The notes under the pieces: model-generated | The model's input: the letters and a program-made list of their open reading frames with translations, nothing else | The model's database searches: none | What the model was told of the DNA's origin: nothing | Made by a program: the position numbers and the translations under genes | Assembly: GCF_038025025.1 (NCBI RefSeq) | Contig: NW_027117347.1 | Location: 744,001-808,000 of the forward strand | DNA: 64,000 bases | Origin: Phyllosticta citribraziliensis | Taxonomy: Eukaryota | Direction: 5' to 3' | Part shown: positions 38,237-50,383 of the stretch, piece by piece | How the letters are laid out: every line of letters starts with the position of its first letter | Numbering within the stretch: the stretch's first letter is position 1

Positions 38237-40624
38237 ATGACGGCGGCAGTCGTCGAACCAGAGTCAATTGACGAGGAGAGAAGAGAAAAGAATTCCAGAC
38301 GCGGCCGTGGAAGAAGAGGAGAGGGCGCATTGAGATATTTGACCCAAGCTGCGGTATGCACTGCAACGCGTTGCGCCATGATTGGGCCGCTCATCCTCGC
38401 CCGCTTCTCTCCAGACGGCGACCCCGGCGCCGCTCCTCAGCCGCCTGCGGTGCGGTGGGTGCTCGACTCCACCACCACCACACCACGTCAACTTGGTTCT
38501 CCAACCTGCCCATATCCATCTGAGACAGCAGCCAAACACGGCCGTTATGCGTCTGCCAACCACGCCATGCCACTGCCACTGGCGCTCGCGCGTGCATCTT
38601 ACCGGAAAATATGTCGGCCACTCTTCTTGACCACGGCCCAACGGCGCAACCAAGACGACTCAACGCCTCCACCTGTATGCACCCGAATCCGGACACACCT
38701 TGTATGGTCAGCAAGTCATTCGTTCATCGACTGCAAGCCGCCAAGTTTGCCGTGCGTCTGTTACTTCGTCACGAGTCAGCCTGCTTCAATCCCACATCGA
38801 CCTGTGGACTGAATTTGACATGGCAACAGGAGTGGTATGGAACCGGCTATAGTGGCGCCTCCCGGATGGAGGAATTGCTCCCGCAACTCAAGGGACTGGG
38901 AAGTCTTCTTGACAGTCCCCTTCTTATCCCCATACTCCTTCTTGGATGCGATATACGCCGTACTCAGGAATTCTGCATGAGTGAGATTGAGCCACGGCTC
39001 TTGCAGGTCGAAGAGGTGCTCCGAGTCACGCGCCCTGGCCAGATCACCGGGAAGATTGACATTTTGCTACATGAAAAACATGGCGAGGACGGGGATTACA
39101 CGCCTTTGCCATTTGATGAGGATAGGCCCTACTACCAAAGGAAGCCAAAGATGATCAAGCTCATGACCGAAATCAACACGCTCACGACGGAGAATCTGAT
39201 TGCTCTCAGTGTACCTTCGTGGCAAATGCGTTTCGCTGGATTCCTGAAAACTTTTCTTGACGAACCATCCAAAATGTCTACCTCCCAGTACCAATTCTCC
39301 CGTTCAGAGGAGATGGATGACATGATGAATCATTTCGCGTCCGCTGCTGCCAACAACATGGACCACATACAACAACTCAAATCGAGAATGGAGCTGCAAC
39401 TTCAAGTTGTGAGTAGACGCTGTACTTGAGCTGTCCTTGAGGTGCTGACCTTTCAAAAAGCTATACCAGTTTATGACGCAAACCGATAACCACCTCCACG
39501 CAACTCTTGCTGCTGCTGCGACGCGTGACAGCTCCGCCATGAAGACGCTCGCTTTCCTGACTGCTTTATTCCTCCCAGGAACATATGTCGCTGTATGTGA
39601 TCAACCCCTCCCTTCCACTGTCTTCCGTCTAACCTCGTAGACTCTCTTTTCAATGGACATGTTCAACTGGAGCGGACCCAAAGACGCAAACGGTGGTACA
39701 GAGACAGCCACGACGACCACAGTCAGCTCGAGCTTCTGGATCTACTGGATCGTCACGGGCATTCTAACCTTCGCTGTCATTGGGGGATGGCGTATATGGT
39801 GGAAGAAGGAAAATGGTCGGCATACGGAGCAATACAAAACATTCCTTGGCATGCTGGACAAGAAAAATGACGAGCGCCCCCTGGAAGACGACTGCACAAC
39901 CAACGGCTGTCATGCGGCTCGCGAGGAAAGCGAGGATGACGACGGCGAAGAAAACGAGTGTCGAGGTCGTGCCAAGTTAAGAGGCGGTGCCGGTAGCAAT
40001 CCTGTCAACTGGCTTTTGCGAGCTGGCCACGCACTGGGTCTCGAAAACGGTGACCTGCGTTCAATCAGGAGCACCACGGACGCTAGCAACGAGGCAGGTC
40101 CCTCGGATGCTCAATCCGATCTCGCTGTGGACGTCGAAGCCGGACTGGAACGCCCAGACGAAATGGACATTGACCATGAGCCCGAGTATGAGCAGCATCC
40201 GGAACTTGAGCTGCAAGAAAAGATCCCGCCCAAGAGCCGGCGCCGCTACAGCCACAGCCTCTCTTCGCGCCATCGCTATCCGTATTACCTGAAGCGCGAA
40301 CCTGAACGATCTGCCTCTTCCAGTGCCGTTTCTTGCACCGAACCAGTCCTTGAGGACACGGGCGGCGATGCAGAGGCTCCGGTGTTGCCTTTGCCTGCCA
40401 CGCCTCCATTGTCTCCTCACCCTGATCCTCCTAAACACCCATGGACCTGGTGCATTGATGATTCAACCTTCAATCCGAAGCCGTCCGAAGTCCCTGGGAC
40501 AGAGGATTTTAAAGCTTTGGCTGAGCCAAGACTCGCGACAGAGCAGCACGAAGTCAAGGACTCGCCATGCTCTTCTGCTGCTACATCGTTGATGTGCGTC
40601 AACAGTCCCGGTCATGTGCAATAA
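38237..40624 (+). CDS. Fungal CorA-like two-TM membrane protein; 5' structure uncertain, possibly pseudogenising
   Basis: Spliced (introns about 39409-39460 and 39593-39640) RDSSAMKTLAFLTALFLPGTYVATLFSMDMFNW...FWIYWIVTGILTFAVIGGW. The 5' part needs a frame change between the 38237 and 38611 frames. Confidence 0.65.
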
Positions 40625-42739
40625 TTCCCGGACGACCAAACAAAGATAGCAGGTGCAGCGAACCGCGAGTTCATGACTAGCAAACGCGGTTCGAACAACG
40701 GCGAAAGCAAAGAGTTGATGGACGGGGTGTCCATTGGCGAGACGCGCGATTTGAGGAAGACGGCGCGCGTGATGACAGTGGCACAGTATGAAGAAGCACG
40801 TGTACAAGCAGAAGAGCCAGAACGTTTGAAGTCATATACTTTACCACCACCTCTCCCTCCTCCTTTTCACACAATGAAAGTGAGCATGCGGTGTGGCGTC
40901 AAAGATCATCTGGAGCCCGGACAGTTGGAAGGCATCAGACAAGCTGCTATGTTGGGGGAAGAAAGAGGGAGGGAGGGACGGCAGCAAGCGTTCGGAGATC
41001 AACTCGAGGCTCAACTGAAAGAGCAGGAATCCTTCCCTCCTCCTGATGCAGCGCCATCACCGCAGTACTTCACCGACTTCCTGGCCTGGCTCGAAAACCC
41101 ATCTACCAAAGCAACGATGGGCGCCGAGCCATGGGAATCTGCGAAAATCTCAGCACAGGGGGGAGACTGGGAGGGGCTGGAAAATCTCCAATGTTTTCTC
41201 CATCGGTGCGACTATGAGAAATCTGACCAATGGCCCTCATACCGTTATTGGCAGATGCTACACTCTGCTCCAAGGGTAATATGTGAAAGGGTCAAACGCA
41301 ACTGTTCGCGGCGAAATCGAGGAGTCACACAACCATCAATCGAGCGGGAAGCGCGAGCAGAAGTAGTTGGAAGCCAATCCTCGAGTTCTCTATCGCTACC
41401 GCTCACCACCGAGCCGCAGAGCGTCGACTCCACCGTTCCGCAAGGACCAACATGTTTCTGCGGATGGCACTCAAACCCAGGGCCGCAGGGCGAACTACCT
41501 GTCCCTCACGACCCGCCCGTGACACTACCATCCAGACTATTAGCCACATCCTTCTCACCCCCATCGCCCTTCAGGGTTCCCGGCAGAGGCGACAACAACG
41601 CCAACGATGGCGGGCCCAAGGGCAAAGAAAAGCAGGAACAGAACTAATACGAGGGAGAAGCGCAACTTGCGTCAGGAGAAGAACGCCAACACCACTCACA
41701 CGCATTCCAGCAGCAATCCACATCAGCGAATCCCCACGGCGGCATACTCGACGGCTTGCCCGTCACGCCAATTCCAACGCCAACACCAACGCCAACGCAG
41801 CAGCTGCTCGACCCAGCACCCGCCGAAGTCCAGCAGCGCCGCGACCGCCTGGCAACGCACCCGCCCGTCGTGCGGCACCTGGCGGAGATGCGAAGGCAGG
41901 CACTGCGGCGTGGGTGGACTGCGGCACAGATCGGCCGCTTGAGGGAGTGGCATCTGGTTCGTTTGGCGAGGCAGTGGTGGTGTGTGCAGCAGCGGCAGTT
42001 TGTGAGGCAGGGGAGTGGGGTGGTGGTCGCGGCGGCGGCGGTGGGGCTTATGCCGGGGGTTATGTCTGATGGTGGTGGTGGTGTTGTTGATGGGCGAGGC
42101 GGACTGCACTCTGCTGCCCAGCAACATCATCACCATCCGCTGCTTTCCCTGACGCCGATCACACCAATTCCCCTCTGTGGCCTAGATTTTGACATCTCGA
42201 CAACGTCGGCTGCCACGGAGCAGCGCCGTGAGGACGCAGGAAAACGAGAGAAAGGAGACGACCAGGTCCAGGAGCAAGAGCAAGAGCAAGACCGCACACG
42301 CACCGCAACGCAGCAGCAGATGGAGACGCTCAAGGCCATGGCGAGAGAGGAGGAAGAAGATGGGCCATCCCACCAAGCCCAGCAGCAACAAGAGCAAGGA
42401 GCAGCATCGCCGCCAGACTCTCCCCTCTTTTTCCTCCCAACATGACCGCAGGCGTCGGAGCAAGCCGCCACGAGCACCAGCACCCTGCCATTACTGATGC
42501 CGCGGCACCCAAAAACAACAGCACCATCGCAGGCGCACCCGTCCCCGTTGCCAGCAGCAGCCGCTACTCGCAGTCCACGGTGGCCGGCAACGGTGGCAGT
42601 ATTCGCTGTTCCCAATCCTAACCTTTCTTCGGCAGTGGCAGACGCGGATGACGACTTTTTCTGTGCCGACGCCGACACGCGCGCCGACACGGGCTCTGTG
42701 TCAGATTCGTGGTCTCCTGGAGGAGAGGACGCTGTCTAG
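40625..42739 (+). pseudogene. In-frame continuation of the CorA-like ORF, interrupted by isolated stop codons; low-complexity, no recognised domain
   Basis: ORFs 39653-40624, 40673-41647, 41756-42445 and 42497-42739 are in one frame, each separated from the next by a single stop. Confidence 0.5.
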
Positions 42740-43686
42740 CAACGGGGCTGCTGGGCATGCATGGGGAAAGGGGAGAGTGTGGAGGTGAGAAGGAGTAGAC
42801 GGATAGGGCATGAGTGCGGCGGTTGGCAAGCTGAGGTAGGTAGGTAGGTGGACGGTTGAGGCCAGATTGTTCAGTTCGAATAGATGGAACTCGGCGGCGC
42901 ACGCATCTGTAGTCTGTGGCATTGGCTAGAACAACACAGCTGCGCGTTGGAATGACGCCAGATACTCGTTGAAGTTGCACACTTCATCGTTCGTTTGACT
43001 CATGTTTTTGCGTTGGTAGGTATCTTTAGTCTATTGTAGTGACAGACGGCCGGACAAGGAACCTAGGGAATCAAGATATTTCCATTGCTTTTGTCTTCTC
43101 TTTCGAGTACGCTTCCCCCTGTCTGTCTGTCCATAAAAGCCCCATCCAAGGAGAGCGCCGGTACCCTGCCAGCACAGCCCAGCCCAGCCCATCCATGTAT
43201 ATTTGTGCGCGCCACCTTGCTGTATGTCTGCCAACCAATTACGCCATAATGCCGTCACCGCTAACATCATCTACATTTTTTCCAAGACGCCATTTTCTTT
43301 GCATCTGCTGCGTGCATGAAGTAGTTCCTCTCTTTTGACGCGCCGTCTTGTTTCCCGAGTCTTGTGATTCAAAAGCGCGGGTGCAAAGTTCAAAAAAGAT
43401 TAAAGAAGAGTTCAACTGCTGTTGTTGGCGCTGACGTCTGCGTCGCCGTCTGTTTCTGCGTCCTTTTCCTCTGCGGTGAGGACAAAAAAGCATCAGTGGA
43501 TTGTTGCTTGCAGGCGAGTAGTGGTGTACGAAGGGGAGACGTGGGGAGAGAAAAAGGGAGAATGACAAAAAGGAAAAGAAGCAGACTCAAACGAAGCAAA
43601 CATGAAAAACTCCGCAGACATGAATGAAGAACAAAAAAAGGGCAAGTGCAATCACAAGGACAATGATGATGGTCAGGAGATGAAGC

Positions 43687-45302
43687 CTAGGAAATGCCCG
43701 TCTTCATACCGAGACCGTTGCGAATCTTGTCTTCCTGCCGGACGACGCTCATGGGCAGGCTCGTGCCGATGCCGAAGAGGACGAAGGCGGCCCATTTCCA
43801 GCGGAAAGGGTTGACGAGAATCGTAAAGACGAACCAGTAGAGAAGTTCGCTGTAAGTGAAGAATTCAAAAGCACCGCTAGAAGTACGTAAAGGTTAGTTT
43901 TGCAAGTTCAACGAAAGAAGGCAAGAATCGGGAAGGGATAGAAATTGTAATATACGCACCCAGGAGCCCGTGATTTGATCCACCGCGTCATGTCGATCCA
44001 CAGCTTCATCAGGCGCTCTTGTGGGCGCGTCAGCGGATCCACCAGGTACATGAGCAGGAAGCGCGTGTAGATGCCAATGTGGTAGTTGCCCACGGTGCCA
44101 ATTGCGTTGACGTAGGTGCAGTTGTTGCAGCACACATCCATGCGGCCGGGCGGGAATGTTTGCAGGTACCAGTTCGGCGGCTCATACGGTTCTTGGAAAC
44201 AATCGTCGGGCAGGAATGATAGACTTGGTCGCGTGAAACCTGTGGCCATGATGACAATGTCGCCCTCGACGAGACGCTCGTGGCCCGGCCCGTTTTTGGG
44301 CACGCCTTGGGATCGATGGTTGAATTTGATGCCGTTCTCTTCGAATCCCAAAATATCGCCGCGCAGCCACTTGGCTTTCCCGGAACGCACGAGCTCTAGG
44401 ACGTCGTTGTTTACCATGGGGGTTTCTTCGAAGAGGCCTTTGCTGCCCGGCGGCGGGGAAATGTCCTTGAGGTCGCGGTAGAAGAAGAGGCGTAAAATCT
44501 TTTCGGGAATCCAAGAGAGAACGGTTTCGGAACCGAGAACGTTCATGGCGAGCAGCATGTCGACGACTGGGTTCCGCGGGATGATCCATTTCTCGGAGCG
44601 TGCAAGAACAAAGGCTTCTTTGGCGTCCTCGGCCACGACGAATTCGAGAGCTTCAACGGCACTGGCTCCACCACCAACGACAATGACCTTCTTGTCCTTT
44701 GCAGATTTGCCATCGAGATCGGATGAGTGGTAGATTTCTCCCTTGAACTTTTCCTGGCCTGGGATATGCGGCATCTTTGGGTCACCGCAAGTTCCAACAG
44801 CAGCAATGACGCCGTCGAAGCGACCGTTGGAGGGGTCGTTGATGATCCAGCGGCCCGACTTGTCCTTGTAGACTTTGGTGACACGGTTGTCAAATTTGGT
44901 GTGCTTTTCCAGGCCGTAACGTTCCCAAAGCTCGGTGATTTGGCTCACGATTTGCTGGCGATCCGGATAACCATGGCTCCATCTGACGGACGGGTGGAAG
45001 CGATACATGAGGCTGTGGATTTGCAGGCCAGACGTGTTGTTCACTTTGCTCCATATGCCACCTAAAGTTTTGCGGTTGCCGGCTTCAAATATGGTACAGT
45101 CGAATCCATGGCCGACGCAGTGCGACGCGGCAGACACGCCAGTCAAGCCGGCGCCAATGATGGCAATTTTGGGCCTGCTAAGATTGGCATTGGGAGGCGG
45201 AGGAGTGGGAGACAGGAGCTTGTCGAGCAGGAATTGAAAGACGTCGAACAGGAAGAGAATGGGATGAGAGAGGAAGCGCTGTATCAAAGCAGTGATTTCC
45301 AT
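43687..45302 (-). CDS. Flavin-binding monooxygenase-like (FMO/BVMO-type) protein; 2 exons
   Basis: Two Rossmann motifs (IIGAGLTG, VVGGGASA), FKGEIYHSSD fingerprint and MATGF. The short last exon is hydrophobic (FFTYSELLYWFVFTILVNPFRWKW). Confidence 0.88.
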
Positions 45303-45716
45303 TGCGAGTGACGGAGCCCAATGGAGCGGTGGAAAGAGGGAGAACGAAGGTGGAGACAGAGAAACAGCAGACAGCGGGTCTAGGAATAGGTGCAGACGGG
45401 AGGCTACATGTAATGTAGGAGTTGCATCAGACTGAACTGAACCAAGCTTTTTCGAAACGTGCCGGCACGCAGACGGACCTGAGCAGGGCGATGACGTCGC
45501 TGCACAGGCGGAAGGGAAGGGGCCCGGGGAGCTGGGTGCATGTGAAGGAACGGAAGCCGCCCGCGAGTCAGCCTCAGGCCTCTCTGCTTCCCACAAGCAA
45601 ACGCGCCAGACTTTGGCAAACAAAGAGGAAAATGCAACAAAGTGCACAGCGTCGTTTTCCAATTGAAATGGACCTTCTCCTCATCATGGCACTGCACCCA
45701 CAACATCCACGAAACC

Positions 45717-47892
45717 ATGGCCTCGTCGCGTCGCAGAGACCAAATGAAACCCTGGGCGGGTCATGGAGCTCAGACCGGGTCCCAGCTGCCGTCAGACCCT
45801 CGACTCGACCATGCCGCCGCCTTCGCGCTCGACACTTCACCATCCCAACCTCTGGACGACACTAACACCGACGCCGACGCCGTTGGCCAAGCTCTCGACC
45901 AAGTCAATTGCGATCCCCAAGGCTGCCCCTACATTGACCGCACCGACGCGCGCCTCATCCTCGACGAGCTCTGGGAAACTACTGCACCGCATCTGCCCTA
46001 CGACGCACTCCTGCCAAACCGTCTTCAGCCGCTACTGCTTGCGCGCATCCTCCACCAGCGCTTCGGGCCCCACCAGTTCGTCGACCTCCTTAGCGTCATG
46101 AAGCCTCAAGCCACCCAGACGGTCGACAAGTTCCTCCTCGAAGTCGGAAATATTCTCAGGGCAAAGGATGGAGACAGGCTGCAGGATTACTTGGTCTTTG
46201 AGCCACGAGGCGGAGGGTACCCCCCAATCTATACCCAGATGATTGTTGAGATCCGGGAATCCTTCCCCAAAGGCACAGAGGACGCCCTCGAGGAAAAATG
46301 CAATCGAGCTCTGCCCGGACTTCTCGAGTTGGAAGATGGCTCCTCTTGGTCCGCTTTCATCCGCTTCATTGCGCAATACTTTTGTTTTCTTCGAGACTTG
46401 GATGTCCAAAACCTGGCCACAAAGCAGCTCGAGGCCTACAACCTCCTCTCTGAGCTTGTGCAGTAAGCCAGACCCTTTCGATCATGCCATTCGTCCTGTG
46501 CTGATGCCTTCAAAGAAAATGCACCAGCGCACTCGGCCACGGATCAATGGGAATCATTCTCCTGCCCACTGTCCTGGCATGCTCCCGCATGCTTGCAACC
46601 CTTGCAATCACCCTCGATAAACGACCAGAGCTTCTCGGGCATATCCAACAGTCGGCGGGTAGCAGTGGCGGGGAGGAGAAGCAGACATTGGGTGAGAGGG
46701 CGGTCGACGTCCTGCGAGGCGCATTCGTCACCTGTCTGAATGACCGAAGCGGCTCTCCAGATGGGATCAAAGACGGCAAGCCAGAAGGCAAGCGCGTGGG
46801 TATCTACAAGATTGCCAACCTCTGCCTTAAAATCCTCTTTCAGGTGAGAAGAAACACGATGCGGTCAGAACTAGTGATTAACAACTGGCACAGTCTCGTC
46901 GGTCTCGGAGCGCAGAAACCATCTTCACCAACATCCACAACCAGTCTCCGCCCCTGGCCATCTACCCCTGGCCCGAAAGAGTCACTTACCTCTTCTATCT
47001 CGGCCGCTTCCATTTCTCCAACAGCCACTTTCATCGCGCACAGCTTGCCTTGCAGGCAGCGTATAATCAGTGTAGCCCGGAGCGGTTCAAGCAGCGTCGC
47101 ATGATTTTGATCTACCTCATCACGTCCAACATGATCCTAGGACGGTTTCCGTCCGAAACTCTTTACCAGCAGCCCGAAGCAGCAGGACTTCGGGAGAGAT
47201 TCCAACCCATTTGCCGAGCCATTGCCAAGGGAGACTTGTGCAGATTTCGGCAGCTCACCGACATTGAAAAGGGCGAGCATGCAGACTGGTTCCTCTATTT
47301 TCGCATCTTGCTGCAAATTACGAATCGTTGCGAGGTTCTCGTCTGGCGCTCTCTAATCCGCCGGACCTTCATCCTCCACGGAGACAAGGGCGACGTTGCA
47401 TCTCGGAAAGCACCAACTGTCGACCTGCAAGACCTCGTAGTGTTGGGTCGTTTCCTGGAGAAGAAGTACGCAGTGCCCGAAATGATTACGTACAAGGGCC
47501 CTGGACAGAGACATCCAAACTGGGCGTTCATGTCCACCAAACCGGCCAAGAAGGACCTCTACATAGATCCTGATTTCCGAGGCGTGCAAGGCATCGAGCC
47601 GGAATTCCTGGAGCCAGACATGGACGAAGTTGAGAGCATGGTTGCTTCACTCATTTCGCAGGGACTCCTCAATGGATTCATCTCGCACAGGCAATCGCGG
47701 TTTGCGATAACGGGAGCAAAGAGGAAGGGTGCACTTGCTGCGGGATTCCCCAGCCCGTGGCAGGTCATCAAGTCGAGGAACCCAGATGATGTTCCGGGCT
47801 GGAAGCAGCAGAGTGTGGCGCCAGGAGCAAATGCGTTTGGGGGCGCGAGAGTAGTGCGGCTAGCCGGAGCAGCGCCTGTTGGATCGGGCTAA
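45717..47892 (+). CDS. PCI-domain protein (Csn12/Thp1/PCID2-like); 3 exons
   Basis: AFVTCLNDR, GIYKIANLCLKILF, VTYLFYLGRF, RRMILIYLI..N..LGRFP and VESMVASLISQGLLNGFISH. The start is either 45717 or 46098. Confidence 0.8.
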
Positions 47893-48306
47893 GGGATCAG
47901 TGGGTTCCTTGGGAGTGTTGGAGATTCTTTACGAGATACCCATGGCGCTTGCATTATTGGAGATTTGAGAGCTGAGAGGCTCGTTCATGTACAATGGGTT
48001 CGCATGGTGAAAACGGCGCCTGAGCGATTGAAAAGCGATACCGGGAGGTACAAATCAAAGACAGTCGGACAATGTGGAGTGAGCACGCCCACAGCCCCTG
48101 GATCCGCGTGCCTGGATTGAGTGATTGCGTACAGGGTGGCTAAATGGTGGAGGCCGCCTGGATCTAGAAATGGGCATCTGTGGCATCTGGATGGCAAGCG
48201 ACATGAACAAATCATTACGCAGGCGAGCGAGTCTATGATGTCGCAAGGGCGGGGAAAGCTAATGGCATGCCGTTTTGTGGGCCGACATTCTCACTTGTTG
48301 GACACA

Positions 48307-48314
48307 TGACGTCA
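48307..48314. promoter_or_regulatory. CRE palindrome TGACGTCA (ATF/CREB bZIP site) upstream of bli-3
   Basis: Perfect TGACGTCA about 260 nt upstream of the ATG. Confidence 0.55.
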
Positions 48315-48575
48315 CTGGCACTTGCCAGGTACATACATATTCAAAGACACTTCTCCGCATGCAGCAATTGTCTTGCACTCTACCACAACATCCCAATCTT
48401 CACATCACTACTGTAAGTCTTGTCGCCAGATTAGAAGCACCAGGAGCAAGAATCCCAGTTGAGCTGGGAGCTCCCTGATGCAACCAACAGTCAAGCATTG
48501 AACAAAGCTCACACCCCAGCAGCCACCACTTGCACGAGTGACGATTCACGACTCTCTTACATCCAACGCAACACC

Positions 48576-49333
48576 ATGGCCACCTTCAGCAACGCAGACA
48601 CTGGCAGCAAGCCCGCAGACCCCTATGTCCAGGCCAACACGCAGGAGCCCGACCTGAAGACCAAGGTCACCGACCTGGTCAACTTTGCAGACAAGCACAA
48701 GTTCTGCATGCTGACGACGGTGCAACACGGCGGCCTGCTTGCAAGCAGAGCAATGGCACTTGCAGCCAAGGTTGGTGCCGCAGAAACAAGCTCAAGCAGC
48801 AAGCAACAGCCAAGCTCACGCAGTGTTTCCAGGAAGCCAACGGCCTCGACCTGCTGTTCCACACCAACACGGAGAGCGGCAAGACGGACGACATTGCGAA
48901 CGATGCCGATGTCAACGTAGCGTTCATCACGCCGTCGGGCGAGTGGGCGTCGATCAGCGGCAAGGCGAGGGTCGAGACAGACCGCGCAGAGGTCAGGAAG
49001 TACTACTCGCCGGCGCTCAAGGCGTGGATTGGCGACTTGGGCGACGGAAAGCACGACGGCGGCCCCGAGGATCCGCGGATTGGCATCATTCGCGTGCAGA
49101 CGGTGACTGCGCAGTACGCCATCAGCAACAAGGGCATCGTGGGCAGCGCGGTCGAGTTTGCAAAGGGCGTGGCATATGGCGAGCCGCCGGCGGTGAACAA
49201 GCTGCGGAAGATTTCGGTCGAGGAGGCGTCGCTGTGTAAGTTTCAGAACCCATGATGCGAGGTTGGTTTGGTGGTGATGAAGGCAGCGAAGGGGTGGCTG
49301 ACATGATCTTTAGGGCGCTCGAGCCCGCAGTAG
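48576..49333 (+). CDS. bli-3: Blue-light-inducible protein Bli-3 (PNPOx-like/general stress protein fold); 3 coding exons
   Basis: MATFSNADTGSKPADPY, KFCMLTT, SRAMALAA, LLFHTNTESGKTDD and AWIGDLGDGKHDGGPEDPRIGIIRV. Probable 5'UTR intron 48413-48490. Confidence 0.9.
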
Positions 49334-50383
49334 GCCAGGTACCGTGGGTGAGCGGGATGCGAGTCAGGGAAGCCGGGGTCGGGCCTGTTCAGCCAACGGC
49401 GCGAGGCCGGTGGAGATGATGGACCCAAACGGGACTAGCAGCGCTTGCTGAAATGCAGATGGGCATTAAACGCCCAAGAATGGAAATTTTGCGTCGACAG
49501 CCTCCATGTGCCCGACCAGCGCCCGCCAAGCTGCGGAATCATCATGTGTGAAGAGACCAGCAGTGGCAGATAGACACGGCGACCGTGACAGAGATATTGT
49601 TTCGGGGCCGTTTGCTGAGTGTTTGGCCAAGTGGACGGGCAAGTTCCCTGCCCTGCCCTGCCCTGCCCTGCCACGGGTCGGCTCACGGACAGCACACGTC
49701 CCCGTCGATCATTGATGGACGACATCAGATGCGTAAGCCGAGCATTCCAGCGGCATGGAAAAGAGCAATTGATGGCCAGCCGCCAGAGCAGCTGCGCTAC
49801 GTCTCAGTCATGGTGTTGCAGCGGCGCATGGAGCGTACCGTGGATGGGCAGCTCGTGCCGTCGTGTTTTGGCGCCGTCAGTGGCCCAATCGGGCAAGGCG
49901 CCAGGGTCGGATGCTCTAATTTCCTGGGGCGCATGCTCGCATCCTACGAATACACCCTCACGCTCGTCATCTTCTCTCTTCTCTCCCTTCTCCCACACTG
50001 CTGCCGTCGTTCTTTTTCCTGTCGCTCCCTCGCCTCTCGTGGCCGTGCAACGTCTGTGATTGTGACGGTGCGCCCGGCTGCCGCGTCCTTCGTTAATCGT
50101 CGGCCAGTCCGCTGCGCATCTCGTCGCGTCGCATCGCATCATCATCCGCCGTCGCCGAGCCTCTGTTTGCCAGCCGTCCCAAGACTTCAGACTCCTGTCT
50201 CTGACCCAGCCGTTCCTTGCATACACGCGACACTCGGCACGCAGAGCAGGCCTCGGCTGCGCTTCCTCCACATTCACTCCAAACAAACCATTCATCCCTG
50301 TCCTTCACTTGACCCTTTTCGTCCTGCCGTCCTCGCTCTGTCTATCCTTCACCCTTGACTGCAACTGAAGGCCGTTCGCCACC

